Shown one piece after another: positions 11,202 through 20,569 of a DNA stretch of 64,000 bases; the stretch's first letter is position 1, and every line of letters starts with the position of its first letter. The notes beneath the pieces are model-generated. The model was not told the DNA's origin. It worked only from the letters and a program-made list of their open reading frames with translations, and did not search any database. The stretch spans positions 77,592 through 141,591 of the forward strand of contig JALHOP010000007.1 in the NCBI GenBank assembly GCA_022842935.1, read 5' to 3'. A program made the position numbers and the translations under genes. The stretch comes from Myxococcota bacterium (lineage in GTDB: Bacteria; Myxococcota; XYA12-FULL-58-9; JALHOP01).

Positions 11202-12004
11202 CGACGGGTTGCCGTCCTTCGGCGCAGCTCGCGCAAGCGCTCGTAGATGCGGCGGGCCTGGGGTGGGTCGATGTCGAGCGGGTTGTCGCGTCTGTTGCGA
11301 TATGCTTCGCGAAGCGCGTCGCGCACACCGTCCCGGGCGACCGGGCTTGCTCCGTCGCTTTCGCGTGCGCGTCGCCAGGCGTTGCGGAGCCGATCTAGCC
11401 CATCGCGCTCGAAGAGATCGCGCGGCTGCTGGACGCTGATGCGTCCCCGCAAGGCGTCGAAGGCGGCGCTGTCGAGCATGGCGCGCTCGATCCTGCTGCC
11501 AATCACCACAGCGCGTTCCGATGCCCCTACGAGTGCGCGCTCACCGCTCGCGCTCGCGACCTCGACGGCGCCGGCTTCAACGCTGATAGTGGTTTCGTCG
11601 CCGTCCACTTCGCTGAAGAACGACGTGCCGCGAACTCCAGCCACGGCGTTGACGGTCGTGACCTCGACCGTGTTGCCATCGAAGAGCGAGCTCACGCGGG
11701 CCCACAGACGGCCGGTGAGTAAGCGCAGCGAGGTGCTGCCCTCGCGAGCGGCTGGTTGCAGACGTAGCTCGGCGCGAGCACCCAACTCGATCACCGCTTG
11801 GTCATCGACGAGAAGGCGCGCTTGGCTGCCGTCACCGACGCGTATGAGATCGCCATCGCGGAGCGTGTCTCCCCGTACGAGCGAGATGCTCTCGCCATTC
11901 GCGCTGACGCGCGCGACCTCACCATGAGCCTCGACGACGCGAGCCGTGCTAGCACTCGCGAGTTGCGTCATGAACAGCACCGTTAGGGCGACGAGTGCAC
12001 GCAT
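11198..12004 (-). CDS. Periplasmic FecR-domain protein
   Basis: Signal peptide; GDLIRVGDGSQARL and AVAGVRGTSF motifs. Confidence 0.88.
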   Translation of the reverse strand: MRALVALTVLFMTQLASASTARVVEAHGEVARVSANGESISLVRGDTLRDGDLIRVGDGSQARLLVDDQAVIELGARAELRLQPAAREGSTSLRLLTGRLWARVSSLFDGNTVEVTTVNAVAGVRGTSFFSEVDGDETTISVEAGAVEVASASGERALVGASERAVVIGSRIERAMLDSAAFDALRGRISVQQPRDLFERDGLDRLRNAWRRARESDGASPVARDGVRDALREAYRNRRDNPLDIDPPQARRIYERLRELRRRTATRR

Positions 12005-13239
12005 CAAAGGCTCCCCGTGAGCGTGAGGCGGACGATATGGCGCGCGTAGCGAAAGTTATCGGCGGTCGAGCCGTTGTGCGTGAAAGCGTACCCCGCCGCG
12101 ACGCCGAAGTGTTTGCTGAAATCGTAGGCCAGGTCGACCGAGGGTGACAGCCGCGTGTCCACGCGTCCCGTGGTCGCGTCGTCGTACCACCGACGGGTGA
12201 ACGAGACCGCGGCCGTTAGCTCGAAGTCGCCGACGCGTCCTCGTCCATACGCGCTCGCCTCGATGCCTCTCTGGCGCTGCTCGAGACCCTGCGCACGCTC
12301 GGCTATGTATCCGCCACGTGCGAGGTACGACCAGCGGCCAACGCGGTCGTCGCTCACCACGCCTCCGCCATAGAGCTTAGCGTCGCGGTCGAAGGGCTCA
12401 TCTTCGAGGTTGCCGGCAGCGTAGTTGCGCACGCCGCCGCGCGCGTAGATGCCTGGCCTCAGCGGTATGGCGTCGAGCTGGAGGTCCACGCGCGCCGTTC
12501 CTTCGCTGGTGAAGACTTCGTTGACCAAGCTCGAGGTGACGATGGTGCCGGAGAGATCGGCGGTCAACGCCAACGGACCAACGGTGTCGCCGAGGCTCGC
12601 GACGGCGCTCGCGATACCGTAGTCGTAGTCCTCGAGAGCGTCACGGTCGTTGACGTGGCGCGCGAGTTGGGCGACGACGCCGAGCTCGAGGATGTCGACG
12701 GGTTGCCATCCGAGCGTGCTATCGAGCACCAAGCGCGTCCCGGCCTCTTGCGCGCCTTCGCTGTCTGGCAGCAACGTGACGTTGCTATCGCGCTCGGCGC
12801 CGACACGCGCATCGAGCGCTAACCGCCGACCCGTGTTTGCTTCAGCGAGCAGAGCGCGCAGCTCGGCGTCCTCTTCAGCGTCGAAGCGCGCAGCCGCGAG
12901 CGCACGTGATGCCTCGTTGCCGCGACCGGCTGCGAGCAGGGCGTAGACCTTGAGCCGGCGGCTCGCTTCGAAGTGGAGCTGCATGCCGAGCAGCGGCTGC
13001 AAGTCTTCGTTGGCAGGGTGCCTGTCTTCGAGGGCCAGGCGCGCGAGGTCGAAGGCGATGAGCTCGCTCGAAGGATCTTCGCGATGCGCCTGACGTAGGA
13101 GGATGAGGGCAAGAGCCTTGTCGCCGTCATCTTCGCTGAGCAGCGCGCGCGCGTGCAGGACCGCCGCGTTGGACCCAGCATCGGCGGCCACCGAATCGGG
13201 GACGACGAGCAAAATAGCTATGAAAACGGTGCGCTTGAT
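12004..13239 (-). CDS. Outer-membrane beta-barrel with a TPR-like N-terminus (SLAM/DUF560-like)
   Basis: Helical N-terminus, GAERDSNV at the barrel start, alternating beta-strands; signal peptide is complete only if the start is ATC at 13239 or 13242. Confidence 0.7.
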   Translation of the reverse strand: MKRTVFIAILLVVPDSVAADAGSNAAVLHARALLSEDDGDKALALILLRQAHREDPSSELIAFDLARLALEDRHPANEDLQPLLGMQLHFEASRRLKVYALLAAGRGNEASRALAAARFDAEEDAELRALLAEANTGRRLALDARVGAERDSNVTLLPDSEGAQEAGTRLVLDSTLGWQPVDILELGVVAQLARHVNDRDALEDYDYGIASAVASLGDTVGPLALTADLSGTIVTSSLVNEVFTSEGTARVDLQLDAIPLRPGIYARGGVRNYAAGNLEDEPFDRDAKLYGGGVVSDDRVGRWSYLARGGYIAERAQGLEQRQRGIEASAYGRGRVGDFELTAAVSFTRRWYDDATTGRVDTRLSPSVDLAYDFSKHFGVAAGYAFTHNGSTADNFRYARHIVRLTLTGSL

Positions 13240-13268
13240 GATGACGCCCCCGGTCCTTCAAGACGTTT

Positions 13269-13336
13269 AACCGGCGAAGAAGGCAAAAGGTTGCGCGACC
13301 CCACCGCCACCGCAACTTCTTGGCGCGCGCCCGGTT
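13269..13336. promoter_or_regulatory. Back-to-back ECF-type promoters (GCAACC-N16-GGTT on minus; GCAACT-N15-GGTT on plus)
   Basis: Same motif on both strands of the divergent gap; AAC/GTT cores are typical of ECF promoters. Confidence 0.55.
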
Positions 13337-13392
13337 CAGGGGAGGGAAATGGCGGACCTCAATCGACGGCCGCAGAGAACAGGAGAGATGAC

Positions 13393-14466
13393 GTGAAGAT
13401 CAACGTATTGAGCCTTGCACTGATGGGCGCGCTGGCCGTGGCGCCGGCATGCGGTAGTGACGACAGCGTTAGCGAGACCCCGGAAGCAGCGTCGCTGCCG
13501 AGCGCCGAGATGATGAGCCTTGCGCTCGAGAGCAGCCAAAACGGCGCCGCGCTCACCGATGACCCGTCGCTGACCGACGCCATCGCCCAGGAGCTCGTCA
13601 GCCAGCTCGACGACGCCATCGCTTTGTTGCAGCCGCGTCTCGATGCGCTACGCGAAGGCGCGACACCAGTACGCGATGGCGAAGGCTGTGCGGTTTGGGA
13701 AAAGCGCCACGAGGGCGTGGCCTACAAGCTCAGGGCATGCCGTCGCGACGGCCGCGTCGACAATTACGCGTTCGTCTTGCTCGGTCGTCCCGCCGAATCG
13801 ACCTCCGATGATGACTACATTCGCTTGGTCGCGGGTCACGGTACAGCGCTTCCTCGCTTCGACGGCGGCCGTCGTGGCTTCGGGGTCGTCGGCTACAACT
13901 TCACGGGTTTGAATCGTCTCCGCGGGAGCGGACCGGTGGGCGAGGTCGCTATCGGCTACCGCGTCGCCGGGCGGGCTCGCTCGCTCAGTGCCGCCTACAA
14001 TGACTTCGCGGCGAGCGACGATCGCGAGACCCATTCGGCCCGCCTGTCTTACCTGCACGTGTCGGGGCGTGGTGGTCGCATCGTCTTCGGTGTTGGCGCC
14101 GACGTCATTGCCCCCGGTGAAACCGATGGCACCTACGTCATTGGTCAGGACGAGCAGAATGAGCGCGTGCGCCTCGCCCTTGCCTGGGCGCGCGGGGTTG
14201 GTGCCAGAGTTACTGGCGTTGCGTGCGGCGGCACAGTCGGTGATGACTGCATCGCCATTGCGCAGTGCTACAGCTTCAACACCGCAGTGACCTTCGAGGA
14301 CGTTCGTGCGGGCAATACGCGGGCGTTCGAAGAACGTGACTGCCCGCGCCTCGAGATCGACCTGCCGCCGGCGCCCAGCGAAGACGAGATCAGCGGTGGT
14401 CTCGACACCGACGAGCTCGTACCAGGCTGGGACGTCGCTGTGCCGGTCGCGAACGACGCCGAGTGA
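13393..14466 (+). CDS. Hypothetical lipoprotein
   Basis: AGGAG RBS, GTG start, lipoprotein-type signal ending APAC. Confidence 0.8.
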   Translation: MKINVLSLALMGALAVAPACGSDDSVSETPEAASLPSAEMMSLALESSQNGAALTDDPSLTDAIAQELVSQLDDAIALLQPRLDALREGATPVRDGEGCAVWEKRHEGVAYKLRACRRDGRVDNYAFVLLGRPAESTSDDDYIRLVAGHGTALPRFDGGRRGFGVVGYNFTGLNRLRGSGPVGEVAIGYRVAGRARSLSAAYNDFAASDDRETHSARLSYLHVSGRGGRIVFGVGADVIAPGETDGTYVIGQDEQNERVRLALAWARGVGARVTGVACGGTVGDDCIAIAQCYSFNTAVTFEDVRAGNTRAFEERDCPRLEIDLPPAPSEDEISGGLDTDELVPGWDVAVPVANDAE

Positions 14467-14482
14467 AGCTAGTTTGAGGTTC

Positions 14483-15127
14483 TCAAACGTCGGCCGGTGG
14501 CACTTCAGCGCCACTGGCCGATGTGTCCGTTTCAAGGGACGCGATGGCCACCTGGGCTGGGCGTAGCAAGCGATCGTGAATCGTGTAGCCGCGCTGTATC
14601 TGAGCGACGACGCTGCCCGGCTCGGCGCCTGGGCTTGCGACCTGGCTCAGGGCCTCGTGGCGCTCTGGATCGAAGGGCTGGCCAACCGATTCGAAGCCCT
14701 TCACCCCGAACTGACCAAGGACATCGAGGAGCTGCTTGGCGACCATGCGTACGCCGTCGACCACTGGGTCTCCACCCTTGGCGTGCTGCAGGGCCCGCTC
14801 GAGGTTGTCGACGACGGGCAAGATGTCGCGCGCGAGACGCTCCATGCCCATTTTGCGCGCCTCTTCGACCTCGCGGTGGGAGCGCTTGCGCAGATTCTCG
14901 AAGTCCGCTCCGAGGCGGAGCATTTGATCGCGCATGGTGGCCATCTCGGCAGTCTTCGCCTCGAGGGCTTTCCGAGCTTCCGCGAGCTCGGCGCTTGCGG
15001 TCGAGTCGGCAACGGTGGGCTCTTCGATCATCTCACCCGCGGCTTCACGCTCGCGGGTCTCTACGGATTCCAAAGCGTCTTGCATGGCGCGGTCCAGGTC
15101 GTTCGAAGCGTTGCGCTTGCTGCTCAT
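14483..15127 (-). CDS. grpE: Nucleotide exchange factor GrpE
   Basis: ADFENLRKR, DNLERAL, FDPERHEA, GYTIHDRLLRPAQV. Confidence 0.96.
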   Translation of the reverse strand: MSSKRNASNDLDRAMQDALESVETREREAAGEMIEEPTVADSTASAELAEARKALEAKTAEMATMRDQMLRLGADFENLRKRSHREVEEARKMGMERLARDILPVVDNLERALQHAKGGDPVVDGVRMVAKQLLDVLGQFGVKGFESVGQPFDPERHEALSQVASPGAEPGSVVAQIQRGYTIHDRLLRPAQVAIASLETDTSASGAEVPPADV

Positions 15128-16213
15128 TCAGATTCGTTCCCAGTACTTGCTCAGAAGCTGTGATGCATAGTCGACGAGCGCAACCAGGCGACCGTAGTCC
15201 ATGCGACGAGGCCCTAGAATACTCACGGTAGCCTGCTCACCGGAAGGACCAGCGATCGATCGACCGACGAACGACACCTCGAGCATGTCGCTCATGTCGA
15301 GCTCGGATGCGAGCACGACCTTGGCACCAGGGTCTTCTCCAGCCGCTTTAGCGGTGGCCGGAACTTCGATGAGCTTGTCGAGCAGACCCAAGAGCGCCGC
15401 CTTGTCCTCGATGGCGTGAACGAGGCTGCGGAGCTTGGCGACATCGGCAAACTCGGGCTGCTCGATAAGCTGCGCGGTCCCTTCCACGACGAGCGACGGC
15501 TCGGGTGTGGGGATGGCCTGCTGACCGATGGCGTAGGCGCGTTGCTTGAGCAGGTCGAGCTCGCTCTGCGCCTCGGTGAGCTCGCGCGCGATGAGCGTGC
15601 GCACCTCGTCGAGCGAGCGCCCGGCCAAGCGCTCGTTGAGGAAGTTCTGGATACGCATGAGCTCGTCCGGCGTCAGGTCGAAGTCGACCTCGACGAGCTT
15701 TTGCTGGATGAGACCAGCCAGCGACACGAAGAAGGCGATGAAGCGACCTGGGTTCACGCGGACCAACCCGATCTCGCGGAAACGCCCGCCGATGAAGCTT
15801 GGCATCACGATGAGAGCGACTTGGCCCGAGAGCCCAGCCAGGCTCTGACCCAAGGCGGTTGGTAGGGTCGAGGGCGCGGCGACAGCGGCGACCTCGTCGA
15901 GGCGCGTGCGATCCCAGGGCCGCAACTTCGGGCTCATGAGGTCATCGAGATAGAGTCGCAGACCTTTTTCGGTCGGGATACGCCCGGCACTCGTGTGCGG
16001 CTGCGCGAGGTAACCTCCCGCCTCGAGCTCGGCCATGACGTTGCGGATGGTCGCGGGGGACCACGACATCGCATGCCGCTCGCGGGCATTCCTCGCCGTC
16101 GACAGCAAATCGAGCTGCCTGGCGACCACCGCAGAGCTTACGGGCTGCGCATCATCGATGTAGGCCTCGATGACCACCCGCAACACCGCGCGTTTGCGGA
16201 CATCCAGCTCCAT
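15128..16213 (-). CDS. hrcA: Heat-inducible transcription repressor HrcA
   Basis: SPATIRNVMAELE, QPHTSAGRIPT, LGPRRMDY. Confidence 0.96.
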   Translation of the reverse strand: MELDVRKRAVLRVVIEAYIDDAQPVSSAVVARQLDLLSTARNARERHAMSWSPATIRNVMAELEAGGYLAQPHTSAGRIPTEKGLRLYLDDLMSPKLRPWDRTRLDEVAAVAAPSTLPTALGQSLAGLSGQVALIVMPSFIGGRFREIGLVRVNPGRFIAFFVSLAGLIQQKLVEVDFDLTPDELMRIQNFLNERLAGRSLDEVRTLIARELTEAQSELDLLKQRAYAIGQQAIPTPEPSLVVEGTAQLIEQPEFADVAKLRSLVHAIEDKAALLGLLDKLIEVPATAKAAGEDPGAKVVLASELDMSDMLEVSFVGRSIAGPSGEQATVSILGPRRMDYGRLVALVDYASQLLSKYWERI

Positions 16214-16236
16214 GTCGACACACGACTCCAAAGGGA

Positions 16237-16265
16237 CAATTAAGGAGGCGCTTACGAGGTGTCAA
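16237..16265 (-). promoter_or_regulatory. Putative sigma70 promoter of hrcA-grpE
   Basis: Perfect TTGACA with an AT-rich TTAATT about 16-17 nt downstream. Confidence 0.4.
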
Positions 16266-16452
16266 GCAGCCTGACGCGGTGCGATACGGGGATCGTCGTT
16301 CGTGCGTCGACGACGCGTGTTGCCTAGCCACATTGCCCATGACTGCTTTAATTAGACAGTTGTAGGCGCGTCTGCCGGGAATTCACTTGGCCGCCGCGAA
16401 AAGCCTCTGCTACGCTCAACGTTGTAGGGCCTGGAAGTTCAAGGAGCTTGGC

Positions 16453-17706
16453 GTGCCGCGCAAAGATTTTCAGGGTGGACAGCTCACCTGCTCGTTTTGC
16501 GGCAAAAGTCAGCGTGAAGTCCGCAAGCTGATCGCTGGCCCGACCGTCTACATCTGCGACGAGTGCATCCGACTGTGCACTGAGATCATCGAAGAAGAGA
16601 GTGAACGCGAGAACGGCGAACGCCGGCCGCAGAAGCTCCCGACGCCCCAAGAAATCGCCGAGCACCTCGACCAATACGTGGTCGGCCAGACGCGCGCGAA
16701 GAAGATCCTCGCCGTCGCGGTCTACAATCACTACAAGCGCATCGAGTCGAAGGCGAAGGGCAACGACGACGGCATCGAGCTGTCGAAGTCCAATGTCTTG
16801 ATGATCGGTCCTACCGGCACCGGCAAGACGCTGCTCGCGCAAACCTTGGCGCGTATGCTCGACGTGCCGTTCACCATCGCGGACGCGACGACGCTGACCG
16901 AAGCTGGCTACGTCGGCGAAGACGTCGAGAACATCATCGCAAACCTCCTGGTTGCCGCCGACAACGATGTCGAGCGCGCACAGAAGGGCATCGTCTACAT
17001 CGACGAGATCGACAAGATCGCTCGCAAGGGCGAGTCGCCGTCGATGACGCGCGACGTGTCAGGTGAGGGTGTGCAGCAGGCGCTCCTCAAGATCATCGAA
17101 GGCACCCGTGCCAACGTCGCGCCGCGCGGTTCGAAGAAGTACGGGCAGTCCGAGATGATCCCGGTCGACACGGCGAACATCTTGTTCATCTGCGGCGGCA
17201 GCTTCACCGGCATCGAACAAGTCGTACAACGCCGTATTGGTCGGCGTGGGTTGGGCTTCGGCGCCGAGATCACCCGCAAGGAAGACCGTCGTCTCGGCGA
17301 AATTCTCCGCGAGGTCGAGCCGGAAGATCTGACGAAGTTCGGTCTCATCCCCGAGTTCGTGGGCCGCTTGCCGGTCATCGCCACGCTCGACGATCTCGAC
17401 GAGGCTGACCTCAAGCGCATCCTCACCGAGCCCAAAAACGCGCTCGTGCGTCAGTACCAGAAGCTCTTCGCGATGGAGCGCGTGGAGCTGGTGTTCGACG
17501 ATCCCGCGATCCACGCGGTCGCCAAAGAGGCGATCCGCTCGAACAGCGGCGCCCGCGGCCTGCGCACCATTCTCGAGAGCGCCATGCTCGACATCATGTA
17601 CGAGGTGCCGTTCCTCGATGGCATCAAGCGCTGCAAGATCACGGAAGACGTGGTCAACAAGAAGGGCGAGCCTGAGCTCGCGTTCGAAGCCAAGAAGTCT
17701 GCCTAG
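16453..17706 (+). CDS. clpX: ATP-dependent Clp protease ATP-binding subunit ClpX
   Basis: AAGGAG RBS and GTG; zinc finger CSFC...CDEC; Walker A GPTGTGKT; YVGEDVEN; [10 protein letters not shown]. Confidence 0.97.
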   Translation: MPRKDFQGGQLTCSFCGKSQREVRKLIAGPTVYICDECIRLCTEIIEEESERENGERRPQKLPTPQEIAEHLDQYVVGQTRAKKILAVAVYNHYKRIESKAKGNDDGIELSKSNVLMIGPTGTGKTLLAQTLARMLDVPFTIADATTLTEAGYVGEDVENIIANLLVAADNDVERAQKGIVYIDEIDKIARKGESPSMTRDVSGEGVQQALLKIIEGTRANVAPRGSKKYGQSEMIPVDTANILFICGGSFTGIEQVVQRRIGRRGLGFGAEITRKEDRRLGEILREVEPEDLTKFGLIPEFVGRLPVIATLDDLDEADLKRILTEPKNALVRQYQKLFAMERVELVFDDPAIHAVAKEAIRSNSGARGLRTILESAMLDIMYEVPFLDGIKRCKITEDVVNKKGEPELAFEAKKSA

Positions 17707-17731
17707 ACCGGCGAGGGGCCGTTTTTCGTCG

Positions 17732-17770
17732 TCGCGTTGCGCTCCTCGGTTTGGGGGACGCGACCCCCAA
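17732..17770. repeat. Single copy of a REP-like palindromic element
   Basis: TCGCGTTGCGCTCCTCGGTTTGGGGGACGCGACCCCCAA, identical to the core of the 19737-19930 array. Confidence 0.9.
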
Positions 17771-17800
17771 GGGCTAGACTGGCGCCTCTTCTTCGCTCTT

Positions 17801-19420
17801 TCAACCGCGGTGCAGAGGGACGGGCTCGCCGTCGAGTCGAACTTCCCAGCTATCTTCGAGGGCGTACTGCGCGCGGACGCGCGCAAGCGAAACGTCGCGA
17901 CCAAGCACCGCGCTCAGCGCTGTCGCGAGCGACCGCACGTAGATATTGATCTCGGCGGTCGGTATGTCGGTCACGAAGGAGAGCGAGCTCACCCTGTCGC
18001 CTCTACACACCCCGTCGACGTGCGACAGGAAACCGACGAGATGCCGCGCCACGTCGGTCGCTTCGCCGAAGCGCCCAGGGAAACCGTCGACGAACGCCTC
18101 GACGATGGCGTCGTAAGCCGGCGTCGCTAAGTCGTGGTCCGCGCCGCGTAGGCCTGCTGCGATATCGAGGTCACCGAGTAAAGCGCGTCGAGGCTGGGGT
18201 AACCACTCCACACCCACTTGCTGAGCCGCTCTCTGAGCCCTGGCGATCGCTTCAGCTCGGTCGCGCACACCCTGAACGGAGACCCAGGCGTCGAGCAAGC
18301 TCGTGAAGCGCTCTGGCGTGAGGTTCCCGCGCTCGGTGTGCAGCACGAGACGCTCGGGGATCGACGAAAACGGTCTCTTCTCGACGTCGTGGACGACGGC
18401 TTCGCAGTCCTTGGCGAGGGCTTGCTGGATGGCCTCGCGCGCGCTGTCTCCCAGCGACCGCGTCTCAGCCCCAAGCGATGGAGTGAAGAGGGCGTTCACC
18501 TTGTCCTCGAGCTCGTTGAGGCAGCGACGCTCGCCCTTGTAAGCCAAGATCTGGGCGCCCCGCCCCAGAGACGCGACGATGGACGCGTCACTCGCCCCAC
18601 TCTGTCGCAACACGGCCAGCAACTCGACGGAGCCCGCGATGCCGTGGTCGCGATTGGCCGAGTTCGTCCAGTCAATCCGCGCCGCGACCGAGTCAGCTGC
18701 GGCACGACGCTCGACGCCGGTCACCTCGAGGTCGTAGCCGTCGAACTGGCTCATGCTCGTCCGGTAGTCCCGAACGGGGTCGTCACTCGCGGAAGGCGCG
18801 GTCGAGAGGGCTTGCAGGTAGGCGACCTTCGCCGCCTGGGCGAAGTCGTCGACACCAATGACGCCGTGGGCGAGCAGGTGCTCGAGCACCTCGAGGTTTT
18901 GCGGCAGTTTCGCCAGTCCTTCCCGCACCGCCTCCGCGACCTCGATCGTCGTCGGTGCGTAGTAGGGGTGCGTGCGCCGCACCATGGCATTGGCATCTTC
19001 GAGCTTTCCGCTCCTGAGCGTCTCGAGGTGAGCGTCGCGCAGCGCTTCGCGAAGCTGGGTGGTGTCGAGCTTGCCGGCGCCGAGCGCCTTGGTGATTGCA
19101 GCGTTGTCGGCGTAGCGGGGCTCGGTGCCGAGCGCGCGTCTCCAGCCCACACGCATCGCCGCGTCGACGCCGGCCATGATGGCATCGCGTGAACGCCCCT
19201 TGAGCGCGAGAGTAGCTCCGAGCTCCACCTCGGCGATGCGCTCGAGCACAACGCGGAGGGCACGGGCTGTCGGTTTGCCGTCAACAAGCGGGATGTCACC
19301 TTGTTGAGCGATGACCGCCAGGGCGCTGGCGCCGAGCTTGGGCTCCCGCGCTTCAGCCGCGGAGCCGCCGAGCTCGAAGTAACGATCAACGAGGCTGGTC
19401 AGCGTCGTACGGGAGATCAT
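17801..19420 (-). CDS. Hypothetical helical protein (539 aa)
   Basis: Long ORF with GAGG RBS; no recognised motif. Confidence 0.75.
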   Translation of the reverse strand: MISRTTLTSLVDRYFELGGSAAEAREPKLGASALAVIAQQGDIPLVDGKPTARALRVVLERIAEVELGATLALKGRSRDAIMAGVDAAMRVGWRRALGTEPRYADNAAITKALGAGKLDTTQLREALRDAHLETLRSGKLEDANAMVRRTHPYYAPTTIEVAEAVREGLAKLPQNLEVLEHLLAHGVIGVDDFAQAAKVAYLQALSTAPSASDDPVRDYRTSMSQFDGYDLEVTGVERRAAADSVAARIDWTNSANRDHGIAGSVELLAVLRQSGASDASIVASLGRGAQILAYKGERRCLNELEDKVNALFTPSLGAETRSLGDSAREAIQQALAKDCEAVVHDVEKRPFSSIPERLVLHTERGNLTPERFTSLLDAWVSVQGVRDRAEAIARAQRAAQQVGVEWLPQPRRALLGDLDIAAGLRGADHDLATPAYDAIVEAFVDGFPGRFGEATDVARHLVGFLSHVDGVCRGDRVSSLSFVTDIPTAEINIYVRSLATALSAVLGRDVSLARVRAQYALEDSWEVRLDGEPVPLHRG

Positions 19421-19474
19421 GGAGCCTCGAGCGGGAGACGAAAGAAAACCGCAGGTTCACCCGTTCTGTTTCGA

Positions 19475-19501
19475 GTATCGGCTCGCCGGGGGGGACGTTG
19501 T
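19475..19501 (-). promoter_or_regulatory. Putative sigma28-like promoter ACAACG-N13-GCCGATAC
   Basis: -10 nearly identical to the sigma28 GCCGATAA; recurring motif. Confidence 0.55.
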
Positions 19502-19603
19502 CAGGCGCCAACCTGACACCGTTTCAGATCCTGGACGCATAGGATGGGAAATTCGGGCCAGGCAACGAGAGCGTAAAGGCGCGCTCTTCGCGAGCTTGAA
19601 GAG

Positions 19604-19738
19604 CTAGACCGGCGCGTCTTTTTCGTTGTTGCCCTCGGCGACCTCGAGGACGGTCTCGTCGCCCTTCACATCGACCCGCACCTGGCCGCTGCCCTGGAGG
19701 AGCTTGCCGAAGAGGATCTCGTCGGCGAGCGGCCGGCG
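19604..19738 (-). pseudogene. clpA: 3' remnant of a ClpA-like ATPase gene
   Basis: RRPLADEILFGKLLQGSGQVRVDV resembles the ClpA C-terminal segment; truncated at the tandem repeat; 7-bp hairpin at 19583-19604 beside the stop. Confidence 0.65.
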
Positions 19739-19930
19739 CCTTGGCATCGCGTTGCGCTCCTCGGTTTGGGGGACGCGACCCCCAAAAGAGCCTCGCATTT
19801 TTCGCGACCGCCTTGGCATCGCGTTGCGCTCCTCGGTTTGGGGGACGCGACCCCCAAAAGAGCCTCGCATTTTGCGCGACCGCCCTGGCATCGCGTTGCG
19901 CTCCTCGGTTTGGGGGACGCGACCCCCAAA
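19737..19930. repeat. 72-bp tandem repeat (about 2.7 copies), each unit with a TTTGGGGG-ACGCGA-CCCCCAAA hairpin
   Basis: Units in register at 19741, 19813 and 19885; near-identical linkers. Confidence 0.95.
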
Positions 19931-20029
19931 CCTCCGGTGCCCGCTCAGCCAAGGCTGTGCACTGCTCGGTCACCCCGGGGTGGTGAGCAATTTCAGCCAG
20001 TTCGGATACCTCGCCGTGTACGACGTGGC

Positions 20030-20293
20030 ATGGCTTCGCCAATTGTTGCTCGTGAGTCCCATTCGCCTGTTGTCACCGAGCCGACGGCCGCGCAGCCTGC
20101 GCCACCAGAGGCCGCCGAGAAGCTCACCACCGACGACAAGTTGTGCGTCCTTGGTGGCGTCATGGGCCTGCTTTTCCTTTCGGCGGGTGGGGTCAACGAA
20201 GGTGCCCACATGCTCCAGCAGTCGTGCAGCGGTCGGGCTGCCTCTGGGCTTACTCCGGGGCAAGGTGGTGTCGCCGTGCGTGGTAGGCGCTGA
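20030..20293 (+). CDS. Possible small membrane protein (87 aa)
   Basis: Pro/Ala-rich N-terminus, then one hydrophobic segment (LCVLGGVMGLLFLSAG); no clear RBS. Confidence 0.4.
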   Translation: MASPIVARESHSPVVTEPTAAQPAPPEAAEKLTTDDKLCVLGGVMGLLFLSAGGVNEGAHMLQQSCSGRAASGLTPGQGGVAVRGRR

Positions 20294-20359
20294 GCGTCGC
20301 GTTCGACACAACGGACGAAGTAGTGGGTGAGCTCCCCGTTGCGACCGTAGAATTGGATC

Positions 20360-20503
20360 ATGCGAGGCACCCCGCGTTGTCCGCGACCGCGTGGTACGAG
20401 CCCACCCCGCTCCAGGGTCGCAGCCGCGTTTGTCGAAAGACGCATCGGGAGAACACGTGGAGCCGGGCGGTGGGGGGCTTGGGTGGCCGGCTGCGGGGGT
20501 TTC
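20360..20503 (+). ncRNA. Candidate structured non-coding RNA (long rod-like hairpin)
   Basis: Nested complementary arms and a GTC-GAAA-GAC tetraloop, preceded by TAGAAT; family not recognised. Confidence 0.3.
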
Positions 20504-20569
20504 CCGGGCGTCGGTGAAAAGCTACCTCGGGTTTGCAAGATCGACGCAAACAGCGCTTAATTGCGTTGT

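Noticed and set aside
16214-16452. CIRCE operator before hrcA (also sought at 5581-5794 before dnaK)
   Set aside because: No TTAGCACTC-N9-GAGTGCTAA-like inverted repeat visible
19737-19930. CRISPR array
   Set aside because: Sequences between the palindromic cores are near-identical rather than unique spacers, and there are no cas genes
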